Below are positions 1 through 10,915 of a DNA stretch of 64,000 nucleotides, in pieces. The stretch is taken from NCBI GenBank assembly GCA_963816185.1, contig CAWFJJ010000024.1:320001-384000 (forward strand), in the 5' to 3' direction. The stretch is from Thermoanaerobaculia bacterium. Its GTDB lineage: Bacteria > Acidobacteriota > Thermoanaerobaculia > UBA5066. Numbering within the stretch: position 1 is the stretch's first letter; the number at the start of each line of letters is the position of its first letter. The translations under genes and the position numbers were made by a program. The notes under the pieces are model-generated. The model ran no database searches and was not told where the DNA came from. It saw nothing but the letters and a program-made list of their open reading frames with translations.

Positions 1-693
1 GAGTCGGAAGTGCATGCGCTCGACGGAATCACGCTGCAGGTTCTGCCGGGCGAATTCCTTGCGGTCATGGGTCCGTCCGGCTCGGGCAAGTCCACGTTCA
101 TGAACATCGTGGGCTGTCTCGACCGGCCCACCTCCGGCAGTTACGTCCTCGAGGGAGTCGACGTCTCGGGCCTCGACCGCGACGAGCGCGCGAGCATCCG
201 GAACGACAAGATCGGGTTCGTATTCCAGAATTTCAACCTGCTCTCGCGGACGAACGCCCTCGAGAACGTCGAGCTTCCGCTCCTGTATTCGAAGAAGTCG
301 AAGATCACCGAGGAGGAGGCACGCAGCAAGGCGTTGAAGTGTCTCGAGCGCGTGGGCCTCGGGGACCGGTGGGATCACACCTCGGCCCAGCTCTCGGGGG
401 GGCAGCAGCAGCGCGTCGCGATCGCGCGCAGCCTCGTGAACGATCCGGCGATTCTTCTCGCGGACGAGCCCACGGGAAACCTCGACTCGAAAACCTCGAT
501 CGAGGTCATGGCGATCTTTCAGGACCTGAACGACGAGGGAAAGACCGTCGTCCTCATCACGCACGAGCAGGACATTTCCGAATACGCGAGGCGCATCGTC
601 ACCTTTCGCGACGGAAAGGTTCTCTCCGACGTCCCCGTGACGCAGCGGCGGCAGGCTGTCCGCGCGGCGGCCCTGGAAGGAGCTACACCATGA
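1..693 (+). CDS. ABC transporter ATP-binding protein (MacB/LolD-like), 5'-truncated by the window edge
   Basis: Walker [10 protein letters not shown], signature [13 protein letters not shown], Walker [13 protein letters not shown]; frame is open back to base 1. Confidence 0.92.
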   Translation, partial: ESEVHALDGITLQVLPGEFLAVMGPSGSGKSTFMNIVGCLDRPTSGSYVLEGVDVSGLDRDERASIRNDKIGFVFQNFNLLSRTNALENVELPLLYSKKSKITEEEARSKALKCLERVGLGDRWDHTSAQLSGGQQQRVAIARSLVNDPAILLADEPTGNLDSKTSIEVMAIFQDLNDEGKTVVLITHEQDISEYARRIVTFRDGKVLSDVPVTQRRQAVRAAALEGATP

Positions 694-1916
694 CGAAGAC
701 CGGGAACATCCTGAAGGTCGCGTTCCGGGCGCTCTCGCGCAACAAGCTGCGCTCTCTGCTGACGGCGCTCGGCATCATCATCGGAGTCGCGTGCGTGGTC
801 GCGACGATCGGAATCGGCGAGGGAGCCCGGCTGCAGGCCGAGAACCAGCTCAAGTCGCTGGGCACGAACTTCCTCATGATCTTTCCCGGCACGACGACGT
901 CCTCCGGGGCGAGGGCCGGGTGGGGCTCGAACTCGAAACTTTCGAGCGACGACGTGGAGGCGCTCAGGCGCGAGGTGGAGACCGTCGCGTACGTGTCGGC
1001 GACGATCCGCACGGTCGCGCAGGTCATCTATGGCAACCAGAACTGGTCGACGTCGATCCAGGGCGGCGAGGTCGACTGGCCTCTCATCCGCTCCTGGAAC
1101 GTCGAGGAAGGCCAGTTCTTCACCGATCAGGACAACCGGTCCGCGAGCAAGGTGTGCGTGCTCGGCCAGACCGTGAAGACGAACCTCTTCGGCGACGAGG
1201 ACCCGATCGGCAAGACGATCCGCATCAAGAACATCCCGTTCAAGGTCGTGGGAGTCCTCGAGTCCAAGGGAGGGTCCACGATGGGGCAGGACCAGGACGA
1301 CCTCGTCATCGCCCCGTACGAGACCGTGCGCAAGAAGATCATGGGGACGACCGCCGTCGGAGCGATCCTCGCGTCCGCGGCCTCGAACGAGCTCGTCCCG
1401 CGGGCGCAGGAGGAGATCACCGCGTTGCTGCGCCAGCGGCACCGCATCAACAAGGCCGCCGGCCAGGACGACGACTTCATGATCCGCTCGCAGACGGAGA
1501 TGCTTCAGCAGGCCGAGGAGCAGAGCCGCACGATGAGCGCGCTCCTGTGGTCGATCGCGGGCGTCTCGCTGCTCGTGGGCGGCATCGGCATCATGAACAT
1601 CATGCTCGTCTCGGTGACGGAGCGGACACGCGAGATCGGCGTACGCATGGCGATCGGGGCGAAGGGCAGCGACATCCGTGCGCAGTTCCTCGTCGAGGCG
1701 GTCGTCCTCGCGATCACGGGCGGAGCGGTCGGGATCGGCTTCGGCATCGGAATCCAGCGGACGGTGGCGCGATTCGCCGGCTGGCCCGTCTCGGTCCAGC
1801 CGCAGGCCATCTGGCTCGCATTCGTGTTCTCGGCTCTCGTCGGGATCACGTTCGGCTTCTATCCGGCGCTGAAAGCAAGCCGGCTGGATCCCATCGAGGC
1901 CCTGCGGTACGAGTGA
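690..1916 (+). CDS. ABC transporter permease (MacB/FtsX family)
   Basis: ATG at 690 overlaps the upstream stop (ATGA); motifs RSLLTALGIIIGV, GGIGIMNIMLVSVTERTREIGVRMAIGA, DPIEALRYE. Confidence 0.92.
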   Translation: MTKTGNILKVAFRALSRNKLRSLLTALGIIIGVACVVATIGIGEGARLQAENQLKSLGTNFLMIFPGTTTSSGARAGWGSNSKLSSDDVEALRREVETVAYVSATIRTVAQVIYGNQNWSTSIQGGEVDWPLIRSWNVEEGQFFTDQDNRSASKVCVLGQTVKTNLFGDEDPIGKTIRIKNIPFKVVGVLESKGGSTMGQDQDDLVIAPYETVRKKIMGTTAVGAILASAASNELVPRAQEEITALLRQRHRINKAAGQDDDFMIRSQTEMLQQAEEQSRTMSALLWSIAGVSLLVGGIGIMNIMLVSVTERTREIGVRMAIGAKGSDIRAQFLVEAVVLAITGGAVGIGFGIGIQRTVARFAGWPVSVQPQAIWLAFVFSALVGITFGFYPALKASRLDPIEALRYE

Positions 1917-1943
1917 CCCGCAAACCGCGTTAACCTCTCTCCA

Positions 1944-4580
1944 GTGAGCCCGGAGATCTCAGGCGCGAGTTCCGACGATTCCGGTCCCGTCCGCTCGGGT
2001 GATGCCCCGGCCCTTCGGGATGCCGGCACCTGGAACCCGCGGCGCTCGCTCGTGGCGCGGCTGCTCTGGTACGTCGTCCCGGTCGCGCTCGTTCCGGCGG
2101 CCGTGTACTGGGTCATCGTCGACCGCATCGCCGCTGCGCAGCAGGAGAGCCTGCTCCAGACTCTCATCACCGACGCGCGCCGCCACGAGGCCCGGACGCT
2201 CTCCGAAGATGCGGCCGACCGCGTCCGGGCGATCACGAACGCGGCCGGCGAGGTGATCACGATCGTCCGCCGGGCCGCCGAAGAGTCGCGGCGAGCGCTG
2301 GCGGAGGGGCCGGACCCGACGCTTCCGGCGGAAACGCTCGTCGACGAGCCCGGCGGCTTGCTCCGCACACCGGGAAACGGCGTGAGCGCCGCGATCGTAA
2401 GCCGTGAGCGCGGGCTCGTCCCCGAGGCGCGGCGGGACCTCGCCGCGACGCGCCGCCTCGAGGCCCCGTTCGTCGTCCTCGGACTCGGCCCCGTGGACCT
2501 GTCGGCCCTCGCGATCCGGACCGCTTCCGGCGTTCTTCGCATCGTGCCCGGTCTCGACGTGAAACCGGGCGGAAAGGCGATCGTAGACCCGCGGTTCCAC
2601 TTCCCGAGCAACTCGGCCGTCCCGCTCGCCGACGGGACCGGCGGAGCCGGATCGCCTCCCGTCGTCTGGACCTCCGTGTACGAAGACACGTATGCCGGAA
2701 ACGGGAAAATCGTGTCGGCCGTGGCTCTCGTGAAGGGAACGAACGGCCGGCTGCTCGGAGAGGTCGGCGTGGACTGGGTCTTCCCGCGGATGTTTCAGGG
2801 ATCGCAGGACCCGACACGGCCCGACGACGTCGAATTGGTATTCGCGGCGGACGGACGTGCGGTCGTCGTCGCGCCGGGGAACCGGTTCCCCGCCGAGCAG
2901 ATTCGAGAGCTCGGCGCGCTCGCGGCGGGGTGGGGAACCGAAACGTTCGAGACGAAGGTCGGCGAGCAGACATTCCTGGTGGCCGCGCGTCACGTGCCCG
3001 ACCTCGGATGGACGTACGCGAAGATCACGCCGCGAGCCGCCGTCGAGAAGAAAGTCGCGGACCAGCTTCTTCCCATCTTCGCCGAGTCGCTCCGCAAGCG
3101 CAACGAAGTGCGCCTCCTCTACGTCGCCCTCGTCGGGCTGTTCGCCGCGGCCGTCGTCGTGGCGACGCGCCGGGCCCTCGCGCCCCTGCGCCGCGTGGCG
3201 CGCGCCGCCGATGCGGTCGCCGTCGGACGGCCGTCGCCTCATCTCGCAGAGAGCGGCCAGCTCGACGAGGTCGGCCGTCTTTCCCGGGCCGTGACGGACC
3301 TCGATCGACGCGTGCGCTGGCGGATCGCTTCCATGGAGGGCGTTCACCGACTCGCGCAGGCGGCCGCCCTCATGACGCGTCCGGAGGAGACGTTCCAACA
3401 GCTCACGCGGCAGATCGCGGCACTCGTCGGCGCCACGAAGGCCTGGATCTGCCTCTGGGAGCCCGAGACCCGCTCCCTCGTGCTGACGCCGCCGGGCTTC
3501 GGAGTGCCCGACGAAGCCCTCCGCGGCCGGCACGTCGGCCTGAACGAACCGAGCCTCGCGATCCTCTGCTACCGGACCGGCGAGACGTGCCTGCAGAACG
3601 ACGTGGCGTCCGACCCGAGGATCTCGAAGAAGATCCTCGAGGCGCTCGGCGTCCAGAAGAACATCGTCTTCGCATCGCTCAAGGCCGAGGTCGGGATCCT
3701 CGGGGTCCTCGCGGTGGCCGACAAGCCCGGCGGCTTCGACGCGGAGGACCAATCGGCGATCGACGGATATGCCGGCGAAGCCGCGCTGCTCCTCCGAAAC
3801 GCGCGCCTTTACGAAGAGCTGCAGCGCAGCTACGAAAGGCTCAGGGACGCTCAGCGCAACCGTGATTACTTTCTCCAGAACATCAACCACGAGCTCCGGA
3901 CGCCTCTCACGGCCATTCTCGGGTGGAGCGAGGTCCTCGCGGAGGACCGGCCTGACCGGGAGACCATGCGGATCGCCGTGGACCAGATCAACCGGTCGAC
4001 CCAGTTTCTTCTCGCGCTCATCTCCGATCTCCTCGACCTGTCGCGCTTCGAGGAGGGCCGGACGCGCCTCGAGCCGGAGGAAGTGGACCTCGGCCCGCTC
4101 GTGACGGACTCCGTCGAGCCCGTCTCCGTCATGGCCGAGGCCAAGGGCATCCGGATGACGCTCGCCGTGCCTCCTCGAAAGACGTTCGTTCGCCTCGACC
4201 CGCTTCGTGTCCGCCAGGTGCTGTGGAATCTCGTACACAACGCCGTGAAATTCACGCCGAAAGGCGGCGAAATCCGCGTCGAGGCCGGAGCCGACGAACG
4301 CGGCGTCACGTTCTCGATCGCCGACAACGGCGTCGGCATCGACGCGAAGGACCTGCCCCTCATCTTCGAGCGCTTCCGGCAGATCGACGGATCTTCGACG
4401 CGCGCCTACCGCGGCATGGGCATCGGGCTCGCGCTCGCGAAGGCCTTCGTCGAGCTGCACGGCGGGACGATCCGGGTGGACAGCCAGCCCGGCCAGGGCA
4501 CGACGTTCCGCATCCGCCTGCCGCGGATCGCGAGCGGCGCCACGGCGGCGGCGGAGCCCCTTCAGGGGACGCTGCTCTGA
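1944..4580 (+). CDS. Membrane sensor histidine kinase (periplasmic sensor, HAMP, GAF, HisKA, HATPase)
   Basis: Two TM segments, HAMP DEVGRL, H-box NHELRTPL, N-box NLVHNAVKFT, G-boxes DNGVGI and GMGIGL. Confidence 0.88.
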   Translation: MSPEISGASSDDSGPVRSGDAPALRDAGTWNPRRSLVARLLWYVVPVALVPAAVYWVIVDRIAAAQQESLLQTLITDARRHEARTLSEDAADRVRAITNAAGEVITIVRRAAEESRRALAEGPDPTLPAETLVDEPGGLLRTPGNGVSAAIVSRERGLVPEARRDLAATRRLEAPFVVLGLGPVDLSALAIRTASGVLRIVPGLDVKPGGKAIVDPRFHFPSNSAVPLADGTGGAGSPPVVWTSVYEDTYAGNGKIVSAVALVKGTNGRLLGEVGVDWVFPRMFQGSQDPTRPDDVELVFAADGRAVVVAPGNRFPAEQIRELGALAAGWGTETFETKVGEQTFLVAARHVPDLGWTYAKITPRAAVEKKVADQLLPIFAESLRKRNEVRLLYVALVGLFAAAVVVATRRALAPLRRVARAADAVAVGRPSPHLAESGQLDEVGRLSRAVTDLDRRVRWRIASMEGVHRLAQAAALMTRPEETFQQLTRQIAALVGATKAWICLWEPETRSLVLTPPGFGVPDEALRGRHVGLNEPSLAILCYRTGETCLQNDVASDPRISKKILEALGVQKNIVFASLKAEVGILGVLAVADKPGGFDAEDQSAIDGYAGEAALLLRNARLYEELQRSYERLRDAQRNRDYFLQNINHELRTPLTAILGWSEVLAEDRPDRETMRIAVDQINRSTQFLLALISDLLDLSRFEEGRTRLEPEEVDLGPLVTDSVEPVSVMAEAKGIRMTLAVPPRKTFVRLDPLRVRQVLWNLVHNAVKFTPKGGEIRVEAGADERGVTFSIADNGVGIDAKDLPLIFERFRQIDGSSTRAYRGMGIGLALAKAFVELHGGTIRVDSQPGQGTTFRIRLPRIASGATAAAEPLQGTLL

Positions 4581-4602
4581 CGGCCCTCCGGCGAAAGCGG
4601 CC

Positions 4603-6813
4603 TCACGCGGCCGGCGGCCGGGCCTTGAGGCGGTGCGCTTCCGCGGCCTTCGGGTGACCTAGGCGCTGCTCGATGTCGGCGAGCCTCTCGTGAGCGCGTG
4701 CGACGGAGCTCCGCGCCCACGCGTTCGCCGGGTCGCTCGACGCCACCGCCTGGCGCAGCTCCAAGGCGCGCGTGTACAGCGCGCGTCCCGTGGCGAGGTC
4801 TCCTGAGTCGACCGCCAGCGATCCGAGCGAGCCGACGCTGAAGGAAAGGTCCATCCGGGCTTCCGAGGAGAGAGGGTTCTCGGCCACGCGAGCCTCGTCG
4901 AGCGTCGTCGCTTCCTGGTAGAGCGGCCGCGCACCCGCGAGGTCTCCCGTCTCGTGAAGAAGCGCGCCGAGCAGCTTGTCCGACAGGGCGAGGCTCCGCC
5001 GATCGGACGGGGTGGCCGCCGGCCCGGCCGCCAGGCGCGCGAACAGCTCGTGCTCCCGCCGCCGGAGCGCGAGCGCCTCGGCGAACTCCTTGCGCTCGCG
5101 GTGGTACGTCGCGGAGGCCTCGAGGCTCCGCGCGAGCCCCCGCTGGAACGCGGGGGATGACGGATCTTTTTCGAAGAGTGCCGTGCAGATCTGGAGCGCT
5201 CGCGCGAGCGCCGCGGACGTGTCCGGATCCGACGACTCGAGGAGATACGCGAAAGCATTCAGCTGCGCCGCGAGCGACTCGAGGTCTTCCGGGGCCGCAT
5301 CCCGCGACGCGGTGAGACCTTCCAGGAGGGCGATCGCCGCCCGCCGGCTGCGGAGCGCTCCCGCCCGATCCCCGAGATTCGTGTTCGCGCCGCCCTGGAT
5401 GTCGGCGAGGCGGGCGTAGCCGGCGGCGACCTCGCGCGCGAGCGCGGGATCCGGACCGGCCTCCTTCGCGAGGGAATCGAGATAGTGGAGCGAGGTCGAG
5501 ACGAGCGTCGCGCGCGCCTTCGTGGAGCCCGGCAGCGTCTCGATCTGGTCGTGGAGATCGAACAGCACGGTCTTCGCGAGAGCGCGCACCTCCTCGAAGC
5601 GCCGCCGCGCGACCGCCTCGCTTGCTCGCGCGCGCGCCGCCTGCCAGAGCGCGACTCCGGCTCCGGTCACGAGCGACGCGGCGATGAGGCCCGCGGCGGC
5701 GACGCCGGCCCGGTGGCGCCGCAGGAACTTGCCGAGCCGGTAGCCGAGCGTGTCGGGCCGGGCGAGGACGGGCTTCCCATCGAGGTAGCGGCGCAGGTCG
5801 TCCGCGAGCTGCTCGACGGTCGCATAGCGCCTCTCGAGCTCCTTCGCGAGCGCCTTGCGCAGAATCGTGTCGAGGTCCGCCCCGAGGACAGGCTCCGTCG
5901 TCGCGGGATCCTGATCGACGACGGCGCGCTCGAGCTCGCCCGACGCGCCTGTTTTCAGGCGGTAAGGCAGGGCTCCGGTCAGGAGCCGATAGAGGACGAC
6001 GCCGAGGGAGTAGACGTCGGTCGCGGTCGTGATGCGGTCGCCGCGCACCTGCTCGGGGCTCGCGTATTCGGGCGTCAGGAGTCGGTGCACGGTCGCCGTG
6101 CGCTCCTCCGAGGGCACGTCGAGGAGCTTCGCGAGCCCGAAGTCGAGGAGCTTCGGCGTCCCGTCTTTCGTCACGAGGATGTTTCCGGGCTTGATGTCGC
6201 GGTGGACGACGAGGCTCTGGTGGGCGAACTGCACGGCGGCGCAGACGTCCAGGAAGAGCCGGATCCGCGCCGTGCGCGGGAGGTTCCGGCGCTCCGCGAA
6301 GTCGAGGAGGTGCTCGCCCTCGACGACCTCCATCGCGAACCACGGGAGTCCGTCCTCCGTCGTCCCGCCGTCGTAGAGGCGCGCGATGTTCGGATGCTCG
6401 AGGGCGGAGAGGATCCGCCGCTCCATGTGGAACCGTGCGAGGAGGAGCTCCGACCCGAGCTCCCATCGGGCCACCTTCAGCGCGGCGCGGTTCGCGAAGC
6501 CCTCGCCGCGCCGGACGCCGAGGTACACCGCACCCATGCCGCCGCGTCCCAGCGTGCCGCGAATCTCGTACGGTCCGATCCGCGGCGGCGCGGCCGCGCC
6601 GCGCGCGCGCTCTTCGTCGAGACTCGCTGCGGCCTCGCAGACGACGCCCTCGAGACGGCCCGGCTTCTCAGCCGCGAGAAGCGACTCGACGTCGCGCCGG
6701 AGGGCGTCGTCCTCCCCGCACGCGGCCACGACGAACGCGGCACGTTCGCTCTCGGGGCGCTCGAGGGCCGCAAAGAAGGCGTCCCGTGCCTTGCGGAAAC
6801 GGACGTCCGTCAC
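4603..6813 (-). CDS. Ser/Thr protein kinase with one TM segment and TPR-like C-terminus
   Basis: GRGGMGAVY, HRDIKPGN, DFGLAK, TPEYASPEQ; GTG start at 6813 overlaps the sigma factor stop (GTGA). Confidence 0.9.
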   Translation of the reverse strand: MTDVRFRKARDAFFAALERPESERAAFVVAACGEDDALRRDVESLLAAEKPGRLEGVVCEAAASLDEERARGAAAPPRIGPYEIRGTLGRGGMGAVYLGVRRGEGFANRAALKVARWELGSELLLARFHMERRILSALEHPNIARLYDGGTTEDGLPWFAMEVVEGEHLLDFAERRNLPRTARIRLFLDVCAAVQFAHQSLVVHRDIKPGNILVTKDGTPKLLDFGLAKLLDVPSEERTATVHRLLTPEYASPEQVRGDRITTATDVYSLGVVLYRLLTGALPYRLKTGASGELERAVVDQDPATTEPVLGADLDTILRKALAKELERRYATVEQLADDLRRYLDGKPVLARPDTLGYRLGKFLRRHRAGVAAAGLIAASLVTGAGVALWQAARARASEAVARRRFEEVRALAKTVLFDLHDQIETLPGSTKARATLVSTSLHYLDSLAKEAGPDPALAREVAAGYARLADIQGGANTNLGDRAGALRSRRAAIALLEGLTASRDAAPEDLESLAAQLNAFAYLLESSDPDTSAALARALQICTALFEKDPSSPAFQRGLARSLEASATYHRERKEFAEALALRRREHELFARLAAGPAATPSDRRSLALSDKLLGALLHETGDLAGARPLYQEATTLDEARVAENPLSSEARMDLSFSVGSLGSLAVDSGDLATGRALYTRALELRQAVASSDPANAWARSSVARAHERLADIEQRLGHPKAAEAHRLKARPPAA

Positions 6814-7412
6814 GCGGGCCTCGCCATCTCCCTGTGGAGCCAGGCCTCGGCGTGCCGCCACTCGCGGCTCACGGTCGCGTGCGAGACGTTGAGGACCTCG
6901 GCGGACTCCTCGATCGTGAGCCCCGCGAAGAGCCGAAGCTCGACGAGGCGGGACTGCCTCTCGTCGAGCGACGCGAGCTTCGAGAGCGCGCGGTCGAGGT
7001 CGAGGAGGTCGAGGCTCCTCGGGAGCGTCGCGGCTGCGGCCGCCGCGGGGTCATCGAGGCCGAGAAGAGTCCGGGCCGAGCCCCGCTTCTCGGCGTTGCG
7101 CGCCCGCGCGTGCTCGACGAGGACCTGACGCATCGCGCGCGCGGCGACCCCGAAGAAGTGGGCGCGGTTCTTCCAGTCGACCGAGGCGCTCCCGACGAGC
7201 TTCAGGTAGGCCTCGTGGACGAGGGCCGTCGGCTGGAGCGTGTGGCCTTCGCGCTCGTTCCTCAGGTAGGCGCCGGCGCGCCGCCTGAGCTCGTCGTAGA
7301 CGAGGGGCAGGAGCTTCTCGAGCGCTCCCTGGTCCCCGGCGCTCCACCGCCGGAGGAGCCGCGTGACCTCTCCGTCTGGAGGGACGGCCGGGTCGTCGGG
7401 GAGTCGTCCCAT
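6810..7412 (-). CDS. ECF sigma factor, kinase-associated type (ECF43/TIGR02999-like)
   Basis: EVTRLL..W..GD, LLPLVYDELRR, HTLQPTALVHEAYLKL, RAHFFGVAARAMRQVLV; coupled to the downstream kinase. Confidence 0.88.
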   Translation of the reverse strand: MGRLPDDPAVPPDGEVTRLLRRWSAGDQGALEKLLPLVYDELRRRAGAYLRNEREGHTLQPTALVHEAYLKLVGSASVDWKNRAHFFGVAARAMRQVLVEHARARNAEKRGSARTLLGLDDPAAAAAATLPRSLDLLDLDRALSKLASLDERQSRLVELRLFAGLTIEESAEVLNVSHATVSREWRHAEAWLHREMARPA

Positions 7413-7475
7413 GAGGTGAAGTGAGACCGATTCTCGCATTTCTCACCGGGGAGGAAGCCGCCCCAGGAGACCCTT

Positions 7476-10130
7476 ATGCGAAATCGCCTCGCGCTCGCCG
7501 CCGCCGTGACGCTCCTCACGCCCGCCGCGCACGTCCTCGCGCAGTCTCCGGCGTCCGCGTACACGTGGACGGTTCCCGGGACCGTGAACGTCTCCGGCCT
7601 CAACGGGACGAAGTTCGTCTCGGACCTCGCGATCACGAACCCCGGCGCGGCGCCCGCCGTTGCGATCCTCTCGCTGGTGCCCGCCAACGGGACGGGGCAG
7701 TCCCTCCAGCTTCTCGCCCCGGGCCAGACGCTCGTCGTGCGCAACGTCCTCCAGCAGCTCTGGGGAGCGAGCGGCGCGGCGGCGACCATCGTCACTTCCA
7801 CGGGACCGCTCTTGATCCGGGCGCGGACCTACAACACGGCGGCGTCGGGGACATACGGTGTTGCGCTTCCTGTCATCGCGGACGACCGGTTCCTGTTTCC
7901 CGGTGTTTCGGCCGACAGCCTCTGGATCGCGCAGTCGGCGGACGGTTCGACGGGCTACCGAACGAACGTCGCCGTCGTCTTCCCGGATGCGGATGGCGGC
8001 GACGCGACGGTGACGGTGTACGACGCGAACGGCAACGTCGCCGGCTCGCAGGACTTCTCGATGAGCTCGGCGGGCTTCCAGCAGTTCGCGGTGGGCGCGT
8101 TCGCCGGCGCGGTCGCCGTCGGGCGCGCACGGATCGCCGTGACGCGCGGCCGCGCGACGGCGTATGCCGTCGTGGTCGACAACGTCACGGGCGATTCGTC
8201 GCTGTTCGCATTCGAGGACCTGCCCGCGGGGCGGCAGGACGTCCTCGTCAACGGCGTGGCGCGCGCCGGCGGACGCAACAACACGTTCTTCCGGACGGAC
8301 GCGCGGATCTACAACCCTTCGGGCGCCGATGTGTCCGTGGCTGTGGCGTTCCACGCGAACCAGAACGCGAACCCGAGCCCGGCCACCGCGACTTTCGACG
8401 TGCCGGCGGGGCAGGTCCTGGACGTCGTGGACGTCCTTCAGGCGCTCCTCGGTCTTCCCGTCGGTTCCGCCGGGGCCCTGCGCTTCACGTCAGATGCTCC
8501 TGTCGCGATCCTCTGCCGGACGAGCAACGTCGACCCGAGCAGCGCGAAACCCGGCACGTTCGGGGCGCAGCAGAGGCCGACGCCCGTGCTCTCGTTCCTG
8601 TCGTCGGCCGACGCGGGGGCGGTCGTGACGGGGGTGCGACAGGGCACCGACTTCCGGACGAACGTCGGCTTCGCAGCGGGTGCGGACGGCGCGAGCTGGT
8701 CGCTCGCCCTGAAGAACTCCTCGGGAGCCGTCGTCGGGAACGCGTCGGGCTCGCTCGGGCCCTGGGGCTGGACGCAGCCGAACGTGCAGGACCTTTTCCC
8801 CACGACGACGATCCCCGACGACGCGATGCTGCAGGTAAACGTGACGTTGGGCAGCATGGATGTCTTCGACTCGTCCATCGACAACTCCTCGGGCGATCCC
8901 GTGGTCACGCCGATCATGCCGCTGCCCGTCTCAATTTCCTCCTCGGCCATGATCGGCCCGGCGGGCGGCTCGGTTCAGTCGAGCGACGGCCGCCTGAAGC
9001 TGAAGATCCCCGCGGGCGCGCTCGCGTCACCGACGGCGTTCACGGTCACGCCCTCCACGAACGGGGCGCCGGGAGGTCTCGGGTCCGGCTACCAGATTTC
9101 GCCGGGTGGCGTCGCGTTCGCACGGCCGGTCCGGCTCGTTTTCGCGTACTCGTACGACGACCAGAACGGCTCGGACCCCGGTTCGCTCGGAATCGCCTGG
9201 AACGGCGGTTCGGCGTGGTACACGGGAACGAACAGCGCGATCGACACCAAGGCGCGAACCGTCACGCTCGAGATTCCCGCCCTCGAGCTCGCGCTGCGCT
9301 CCGACGGAGGACGCGCACCCCTCGCGGCCGTGGACGTGTACAGCCCGTACGTTGCGCTCACGATGACGGGCCCCTCGATCGTCCTTCAAGGCGGGGGCGC
9401 GGACTTCACCGCGACGAGGGTGCAGCTCACGCCGCAGAGCACGGACGTCCTGCGCCTTGCGCCGGGTGCGCCGGTGGAATCTTTCGGCTACACCTGGTCC
9501 GCGGCCGCCGGGACTTTCGGGGCCGCCGGCTCCGGCGCAACCGGTCATTACACCGCGCCCGGATGCCCGCCTCCGGAACCGGTCGAGATCAAAGTCGACG
9601 TCCACGACGCGGCCTCGGGAGGCCCGATCGGCGTCCTGACGAAGAGCGTGCGGATCCTCTGGAAGGACTGGAAGTACATCATCACGGAGGCCGTTGCCGA
9701 CGCCGAGACGTGCTCCCTCGGATTCGCCTTGAACTACAGCTCCCAGGCCGAGGCGACGTTCTCGCTGGATGCGAACGGCGCCGCGACCGGGGTCACGACG
9801 CGGACCGTGTTCGTCACCAACAGCGTCACGGTCTGTCCCGGAACGCCCCTCTGCTCAGCGAAGCAGTCCGACCCGGACCCCGTGAAGATCACCAGCCTCA
9901 CGGTCGGGTACCTCAGGGGTGACCTCGTTTTCACCGCGGAGTTCACCCATATGAGCGGCACGGACCTCACGATCACGTGCAAGGATGGAACCGGCCAGAC
10001 GAAGCATCATTCGCCGGGAGTAGACGACTCGTCTCTCGGCGTGCCCGTCGACGCCTACGCGGGCGGGCAGAACGCGACGTCGAACGGCGAGGTCACCGAG
10101 GAGTTCCATCCCGTGCGGGGAGGCTGCTGA
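7476..10130 (+). CDS. Large secreted beta-rich hypothetical protein (duplicated N-terminal module, ZU5-like segment)
   Basis: RBS AGGAG, signal peptide; repeated motifs FVSDLAITNPG/FRTDARIYNPS and YRTNVAV/FRTNVGF; IGPAGGSV..LKIPAGAL. Confidence 0.72.
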   Translation: MRNRLALAAAVTLLTPAAHVLAQSPASAYTWTVPGTVNVSGLNGTKFVSDLAITNPGAAPAVAILSLVPANGTGQSLQLLAPGQTLVVRNVLQQLWGASGAAATIVTSTGPLLIRARTYNTAASGTYGVALPVIADDRFLFPGVSADSLWIAQSADGSTGYRTNVAVVFPDADGGDATVTVYDANGNVAGSQDFSMSSAGFQQFAVGAFAGAVAVGRARIAVTRGRATAYAVVVDNVTGDSSLFAFEDLPAGRQDVLVNGVARAGGRNNTFFRTDARIYNPSGADVSVAVAFHANQNANPSPATATFDVPAGQVLDVVDVLQALLGLPVGSAGALRFTSDAPVAILCRTSNVDPSSAKPGTFGAQQRPTPVLSFLSSADAGAVVTGVRQGTDFRTNVGFAAGADGASWSLALKNSSGAVVGNASGSLGPWGWTQPNVQDLFPTTTIPDDAMLQVNVTLGSMDVFDSSIDNSSGDPVVTPIMPLPVSISSSAMIGPAGGSVQSSDGRLKLKIPAGALASPTAFTVTPSTNGAPGGLGSGYQISPGGVAFARPVRLVFAYSYDDQNGSDPGSLGIAWNGGSAWYTGTNSAIDTKARTVTLEIPALELALRSDGGRAPLAAVDVYSPYVALTMTGPSIVLQGGGADFTATRVQLTPQSTDVLRLAPGAPVESFGYTWSAAAGTFGAAGSGATGHYTAPGCPPPEPVEIKVDVHDAASGGPIGVLTKSVRILWKDWKYIITEAVADAETCSLGFALNYSSQAEATFSLDANGAATGVTTRTVFVTNSVTVCPGTPLCSAKQSDPDPVKITSLTVGYLRGDLVFTAEFTHMSGTDLTITCKDGTGQTKHHSPGVDDSSLGVPVDAYAGGQNATSNGEVTEEFHPVRGGC

Positions 10131-10225
10131 CAAGGTTTCCGGCGGCTGGAACGAGTCTCTTCGACGCCTTCGTGCCTGACATAGAATCGGCCTCGTGACG
10201 CTTTTCACAAGCGTCAGGGGTACCC

Positions 10226-10911
<686 letters not shown>

Positions 10912-10915
<4 letters not shown>

